A stretch of DNA of 64,000 bases from Candidatus Heimdallarchaeum aukensis (GTDB lineage: Archaea; Asgardarchaeota; Heimdallarchaeia; Heimdallarchaeales; Heimdallarchaeaceae). How positions within the stretch are numbered: position 1 is the stretch's first letter; every line of letters begins with the position of its first letter. Under the pieces are notes generated by a model. The model ran no database searches and was not told where the DNA came from. It saw nothing but the letters and a program-made list of their open reading frames with translations. Below, piece after piece: positions 59,951 to 64,000 of this stretch. Location: positions 2,016,001 through 2,080,000 of the forward strand of contig CP084166.1 in the NCBI GenBank assembly GCA_021513695.1. Direction: 5' to 3'. Made by a program: the position numbers and the translations under genes.

Positions 59951-59967
59951 AAAATAAAATCTTTGAA

Positions 59968-60936
59968 TCACTCAAATACCTTTTTCACAGGTTCAAAGAT
60001 TTTTGCTAATTCGGTAGCAATAACTTTCTTTAAATCTAGAGGATGAAGATTTCCCTCAACAAAGGTTTTTTCTAATTCTTCATAATTATTGAAAGAAATA
60101 TCTCCGCCAAATTTTTCGGGTCTTTCAACAGTTAATGATTTAATGTTCGGAAAAATAATCAATTTTGCAATCTGAAGAACAGGATTGTCTTCAACGATTT
60201 TAGCAGGACAATATGCCTTCTTAAGTTTGCGTTGAATATCCTCCTTGGAATCTATGACAGATATCATCGATTCTGGGATTGAAGAAGACATCTTTGATCC
60301 TGGGCCCATGAGGGAAGAAATAAGAGGAGTGTGAATACATACGGGAGGTTTTAACTTTAATTCACTAGGGAAAACTTCTCTAGCTAACATGTGAATCTTT
60401 CTTTGCTCCATTCCTCCTTGTGCAGCGTCAAGATCAAGATATTTAATATCTAATACTTGCATAAGTGGATAAATCATCTGAGATACGGTAGCATTTTCAA
60501 TATCTCGAGCAATTTCTTGCATAGATCGTAAACCACGGTTAATAGTTACACGCAAAGCTAGACGGTGTAAGTCTTGAATGTATTCCTTGTCATATTGAAA
60601 CTCGCTACCAAGAACGATTTCAGGATTTTTAAGGCCTAAGGCACGCATAGCTTTTTCCCAGAGAACGCAATTTTCACTTATTTCCTCTTCAGTACCTTTT
60701 TTGTTCAAAAGTGCATGAACGTCAGCTAGTAAAATCTTAATATGAAAACCGGCACTTTCAAGATCTTTTAACTTCATTACAGTAACTGCATGACCAAGAT
60801 GAACAGGACCACTAGGTTCGTAGCCAGTATAAATGTTAGGTGAATCTTTAGTCTCTAAAAGCTCTTTTAATTCCTGTTCAGTAACAATTTCAGTAGTATT
60901 ATACTTAATAAGATCAATTTTTTTTGCAGTGTCCAT
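59968..60936 (-). CDS. tyrS: tyrosyl-tRNA synthetase (archaeal type)
   Basis: 322 aa. HIGH-type motif YTGYEPSGPVHLGHAV, ILLADVHALLNKKG, and a KMSKS-type motif KMSSS. Confidence 0.85.
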   Translation of the reverse strand: MDTAKKIDLIKYNTTEIVTEQELKELLETKDSPNIYTGYEPSGPVHLGHAVTVMKLKDLESAGFHIKILLADVHALLNKKGTEEEISENCVLWEKAMRALGLKNPEIVLGSEFQYDKEYIQDLHRLALRVTINRGLRSMQEIARDIENATVSQMIYPLMQVLDIKYLDLDAAQGGMEQRKIHMLAREVFPSELKLKPPVCIHTPLISSLMGPGSKMSSSIPESMISVIDSKEDIQRKLKKAYCPAKIVEDNPVLQIAKLIIFPNIKSLTVERPEKFGGDISFNNYEELEKTFVEGNLHPLDLKKVIATELAKIFEPVKKVFE

Positions 60937-61279
60937 TTAAATCAACAGTTAAAGTGGGTTAAAAACCATTTTACTAAAAATAATAAATACTTGTTGTTTC
61001 TGAGGAGAAAAAGGAAGAGAATTAGAACGAATAGTTCAATAAACTATTTTGATTTACAAATTAGCATCCTGTTTATTCACTTGGACATTAATAACTTTTC
61101 ATTTAATTGATAGTAAACTGGGCGTAGTTAAATATTGATTAGCTTAATTTTTGTAAGACAACTTTGCTCTCAAGGATAGTTAGAAAAAAACCATCTAAAG
61201 AAGAAAAAAAGAATAAAAGCTATTTTTATCTGAAAAAGATTTTTAACAGAAAAAATCAGTATACTACATAGGTGATTAA

Positions 61280-61513
61280 ATGGCAACAGCTTTTATATTA
61301 ATAAATAGTGAAATAGGAGAAGAAAAATCTGTTCTCGAACAACTGCTAGGGATGCCAAATGTGAAAGAAGCTCATGTAGTTTATGGTGTATATGACCTAA
61401 TAGCTAAAATTGAATCGGAAACAATGGATTCTTTAAAAAAGATTGTAACTGATAACTTAAGAGTATTAGAAAATGTTCGCTCAACAATGACTATGATTTG
61501 TGTAGAAAAATAA
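61280..61513 (+). CDS. stand-alone Lrp/AsnC-type RAM (ligand-binding) domain protein
   Basis: 77 aa. ILINSEIGEEKSVLEQLLGMPNVKEAHVVYGVYDLIAKIES matches the AsnC C-terminal domain fold signature. Confidence 0.65.
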   Translation: MATAFILINSEIGEEKSVLEQLLGMPNVKEAHVVYGVYDLIAKIESETMDSLKKIVTDNLRVLENVRSTMTMICVEK

Positions 61514-61617
61514 CTAAGATAACAATAATTAGTTAATAAATAACAAAAAAAAAAGAAATTTGTCTCTTTTTTTCCTTTTTTCTTTTTCCCCATCTACTAC
61601 TTTTTGAAATAATTTTT

Positions 61618-62325
61618 TTATAGGTTGACATTTTGTTCTTCTTCAAAGTTATAAAGTGAAGCTAAAACGTGAGAAATAACAGAAAAAAGCTCTAATCCAT
61701 GAGGATAAATTGATAATCGATAATCAACAAATTTAGAGTCAATATTAAGGTGTCCATGGGAAAATCCACCAAAAATGAGCAGAGGATTTGAACAACGAGA
61801 AGAAAGAAGATAAGCATATTCACGAGAAGGTAAGACATCTCCCTTTTGAGAAAATTCAACAATAAGGTCATGTTTTTCACGAGCAGAAATTAAGAATTGA
61901 GTTAAAGATTGAGGATGAAGAGTGAGTAAAGGCTCATCAGAAAGAGGAGGAACACGGCCTTCCTTGAAAAGTTGAATCATAAGCCCCTTAAAACGATCTA
62001 AATTTTTAGGAAGACGAATAGAAGGATGGAATTCTATGATTAGATCATTAATGGTATGAATAAAGACACGAAGACGGCGATCTTGAGAAAGAAGAGAACC
62101 AAAACAGGCAAGAAGAGCTAAATGTGGAATATCAGGACGACCACGCTTGGATAAATTAGGTAAATTAGACATAAAACGAGAATGATAATTGGAATCAAGA
62201 ATAATATCACTAGGTTTTTTCTTTATCTTGCGAAAAAAGTTACGGACGGGTAAATTGGATAAAAGCTCTGAAGGAAAAGTTTCCAGAGAAGAATCAGCAA
62301 CAAGGATGGTATAAACATGGGGCAT
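61618..62325 (-). CDS. nep1: ribosome biogenesis protein Nep1 (Emg1; SPOUT pseudouridine-N1 methyltransferase)
   Basis: 235 aa. ILDSNYHS ... RGRPDIPHLALL matches the Nep1 RPDIxHxxLL signature. Confidence 0.75.
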   Translation of the reverse strand: MPHVYTILVADSSLETFPSELLSNLPVRNFFRKIKKKPSDIILDSNYHSRFMSNLPNLSKRGRPDIPHLALLACFGSLLSQDRRLRVFIHTINDLIIEFHPSIRLPKNLDRFKGLMIQLFKEGRVPPLSDEPLLTLHPQSLTQFLISAREKHDLIVEFSQKGDVLPSREYAYLLSSRCSNPLLIFGGFSHGHLNIDSKFVDYRLSIYPHGLELFSVISHVLASLYNFEEEQNVNL

Positions 62326-62469
62326 AATTTGGCATGCGCAACAAACGTAATTAATTTTTCTGATACGAGGATAAATTGGAAGGAAAAGAAGAAGGGAAAA
62401 AAGAAGAAAAAAATAAGCGAAAAAACAACTTTTTAATGGGAAAAAAAAACAGTAATTAGGAATATAAAC

Positions 62470-63516
62470 ATGCCAAGTATTGTAAAATATGAAAATGGAA
62501 TAAGAGTGATAGATACAGAAAGAAAAACTAGTCTAATAGCTGATCCAACAACAATAGCAACAGCAAAAAAGAATACAGCAGCAATAATAACACATGCACA
62601 TACAGATCACGCAATAGCCTTCCCAAATGAAGGAATAAAAGTATACGCAACAAAAATAGCAAGTGAATTGTTTTCAACATTAACAGGAAAAAAAAGCAAA
62701 AATACATTTTTCATGGAATATAATAAAGAAATAAAAATTAAAGAAATGAATATAGAAGCACTGCCAGCAGGACACTTGCTAGGAGCAGCACAAATTCTGT
62801 TTAAAACAGAAAAAAAGAACATACTGTATACAGGAGATATAAGCTTTGGAAAAATGAAAACAGTAAAAGAAGCAAAAGAACCAGAAGAAAAAATAGACAT
62901 ACTGATAACAGAAGCAACATACGGAAAACCAGACCTATACTTCGAACCAAGAGAAACAGTAAAAATGAAAATATTCAACTGGATAGTAGAAAAAATAAAA
63001 GAAAATAACTTGGCAGTAATAAATGTGGGAAATCTGGGGCCCGCACAAGAAATAATAGCTTATCTAAATGAAATGCTAGAAATAGATATCTATTGCAACA
63101 AAAAAACAAGTAGAATAAATGAAGTGTACAAAAAAAACGGAATAAAACTAAAATACAAAGAAATAGAAGAAATAGAAGAAAAAATAGACCCAAAAAATAG
63201 CCTGATACTGTTATCAAGAGGAGAAAAAAAAATACCAGAAAAAATAATAAAAGAAAAAATAAAAGTGAAAAGAGCAATAGTAACAGGACAGGCAGCAAGA
63301 TTTAATTATACAAGTTTCGAAAAAGCTTTTCCGTTCTCGATGCACGCAAATACAAAAGAAATAGAAGAATACGCTAAAAAAATAAAACCAAAGAAAATAT
63401 ATACATTATATGGATTTGAAAGTGAATTGGCAGCTTATCTAAGAAAAAAAATAAATGTGGATGCTAGGCCATTAAAAATAGCAAATGAAAAATTACCAAT
63501 AGAGGAGTTCTTTTAA
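62470..63516 (+). CDS. metallo-beta-lactamase-fold hydrolase, probably a small beta-CASP-family nuclease
   Basis: 348 aa. HAHTDH (HxHxDH), LPAGHLLG, TGDISF, TEATYG and SMHAN motifs in the MBL/beta-CASP order. Confidence 0.55.
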   Translation: MPSIVKYENGIRVIDTERKTSLIADPTTIATAKKNTAAIITHAHTDHAIAFPNEGIKVYATKIASELFSTLTGKKSKNTFFMEYNKEIKIKEMNIEALPAGHLLGAAQILFKTEKKNILYTGDISFGKMKTVKEAKEPEEKIDILITEATYGKPDLYFEPRETVKMKIFNWIVEKIKENNLAVINVGNLGPAQEIIAYLNEMLEIDIYCNKKTSRINEVYKKNGIKLKYKEIEEIEEKIDPKNSLILLSRGEKKIPEKIIKEKIKVKRAIVTGQAARFNYTSFEKAFPFSMHANTKEIEEYAKKIKPKKIYTLYGFESELAAYLRKKINVDARPLKIANEKLPIEEFF

Positions 63517-63607
63517 AGAATATAAATCTAAGAAAGGAGAAAAAGAGACCCAAAAAGAAAAATTTAAGAAAGAAAGAGAAAGAGTAAAACGAAAAAAAGT
63601 CAAGACA

Positions 63608-63733
63608 GGGGCATTAGCTCAGCTTGGTTTAGAGCATCCGGCTCATAATTTGCGTCCTAGAAACAGTCTAATTCATTAAGAACGCAAAAGAGCGACCGGA
63701 TGGTCATCGGTTCAAATCCGATATGCCCCACCA
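63608..63733 (+). tRNA. tRNA-Met/Ile2 (anticodon CAT) with an intron of about 47 nt; elongator type
   Basis: GGGGCAT TA GCTC AGCTTGGTTT AGAGC A TCCGG CTCATAA [intron] CCGGA TGGTC ATCGG TTCAAAT CCGAT ATGCCCC A CCA. It lacks the three G-C pairs of initiator tRNAs. Confidence 0.75.
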
Positions 63734-63896
63734 GCTCTTTTGATATAGTTTATCGTTTTTCTTCAGTGCAAGAAAAAGGCTATTGGAAAATTTTTTTATT
63801 ATATTCTTATTTTCCGTTTTTACACTTTTTCTCTTTCTTTGCTTTAACGATAAATCTATAAATTGTTTTCTTTAATTTATTTATTGTCTAATATAG

Positions 63897-64000
63897 GTGA
63901 TTGAACTGGATGATAAATTTCAGAAAATAGTTGATGATATCCGAGCTCTTCGTATTCAAGGAGCGACCAATATTGCTATTGAGGGCGTTAAGGCTTTCTC
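63897..64000 (+). CDS. eIF-2B alpha/delta / MTR-1-P isomerase family protein (N-terminal fragment; runs off the window end)
   Basis: GTG start. MIELDDKFQKIVDDIRALRIQGATNIAIEGVKAF matches the conserved N-terminal helix of the eIF-2B-like family. Confidence 0.55.
   Translation, partial: MIELDDKFQKIVDDIRALRIQGATNIAIEGVKAF

Noticed and set aside
1-64000. CRISPR array and rRNA genes
   Set aside because: I searched by eye for regularly spaced 25-40 bp repeats near the Cas4-like gene and for conserved 16S/23S/5S motifs, and found none. Apart from the att repeats, the only repeats are the 2 x 26 bp tandem and the hexamer tracts, neither of which is CRISPR-like.

Overview
AT-rich archaeal chromosome segment, probably from a small-genome (DPANN-like) lineage. 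The archaeal assignment rests on ribosomal proteins L1, L10/P0, L12/P1, L11 and LX, on SecE/Sec61-gamma, Spt5, prefoldin-alpha, FtsY, Nep1 and an archaeal-type TyrRS, and on intron-bearing tRNAs. I could support seven tRNA genes. Four of them carry introns, and tRNA-Glu appears to carry two, one in the anticodon loop and one in the T-loop. Housekeeping genes present are acd, lipA, lipB, tyrS, an eIF-2B-like gene and a beta-CASP-like nuclease. The window is dominated by a two-gene operon of giant envelope proteins of 4223 aa and 5557 aa, 29.3 kb in total and about 46% of the window. Giant protein 1 is secreted, contains about 18 Ig-like modules and ends in a C-terminal anchor. Giant protein 2 has a signal-anchor, a roughly 3600-aa ectodomain, a cluster of hydrophobic helices and a roughly 1400-aa charged cytoplasmic tail. 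This operon and an accessory island upstream of it sit between the L1-L10-L12 genes and the L11-SecE-Spt5 genes, which are normally contiguous. The island contains a solo Cas4-like Fe-S nuclease, a PD-(D/E)xK-like hypothetical, a wHTH regulator, a putative partition pair (an unknown protein plus a ParA/MinD ATPase) and a secreted beta-helix protein. A second, well-delimited mobile element of 2.8 kb is integrated at tRNA-Leu, flanked by a perfect 39-bp direct repeat of the tRNA 3' end. It contains a roughly 1 kb adenine-depleted polypyrimidine tract and a single long ORF of unknown function, with no recognisable integrase. Smaller observations are an orphan gamma-class N6-adenine methyltransferase, a bacterial-type PlsY homolog, a pilin-like plus HExxH protein pair, tandem 26-bp repeats with a TATA-like core, and inverted copies of a (GATAGT)n hexamer repeat at two convergent gene ends. 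No rRNA genes or CRISPR arrays were seen.
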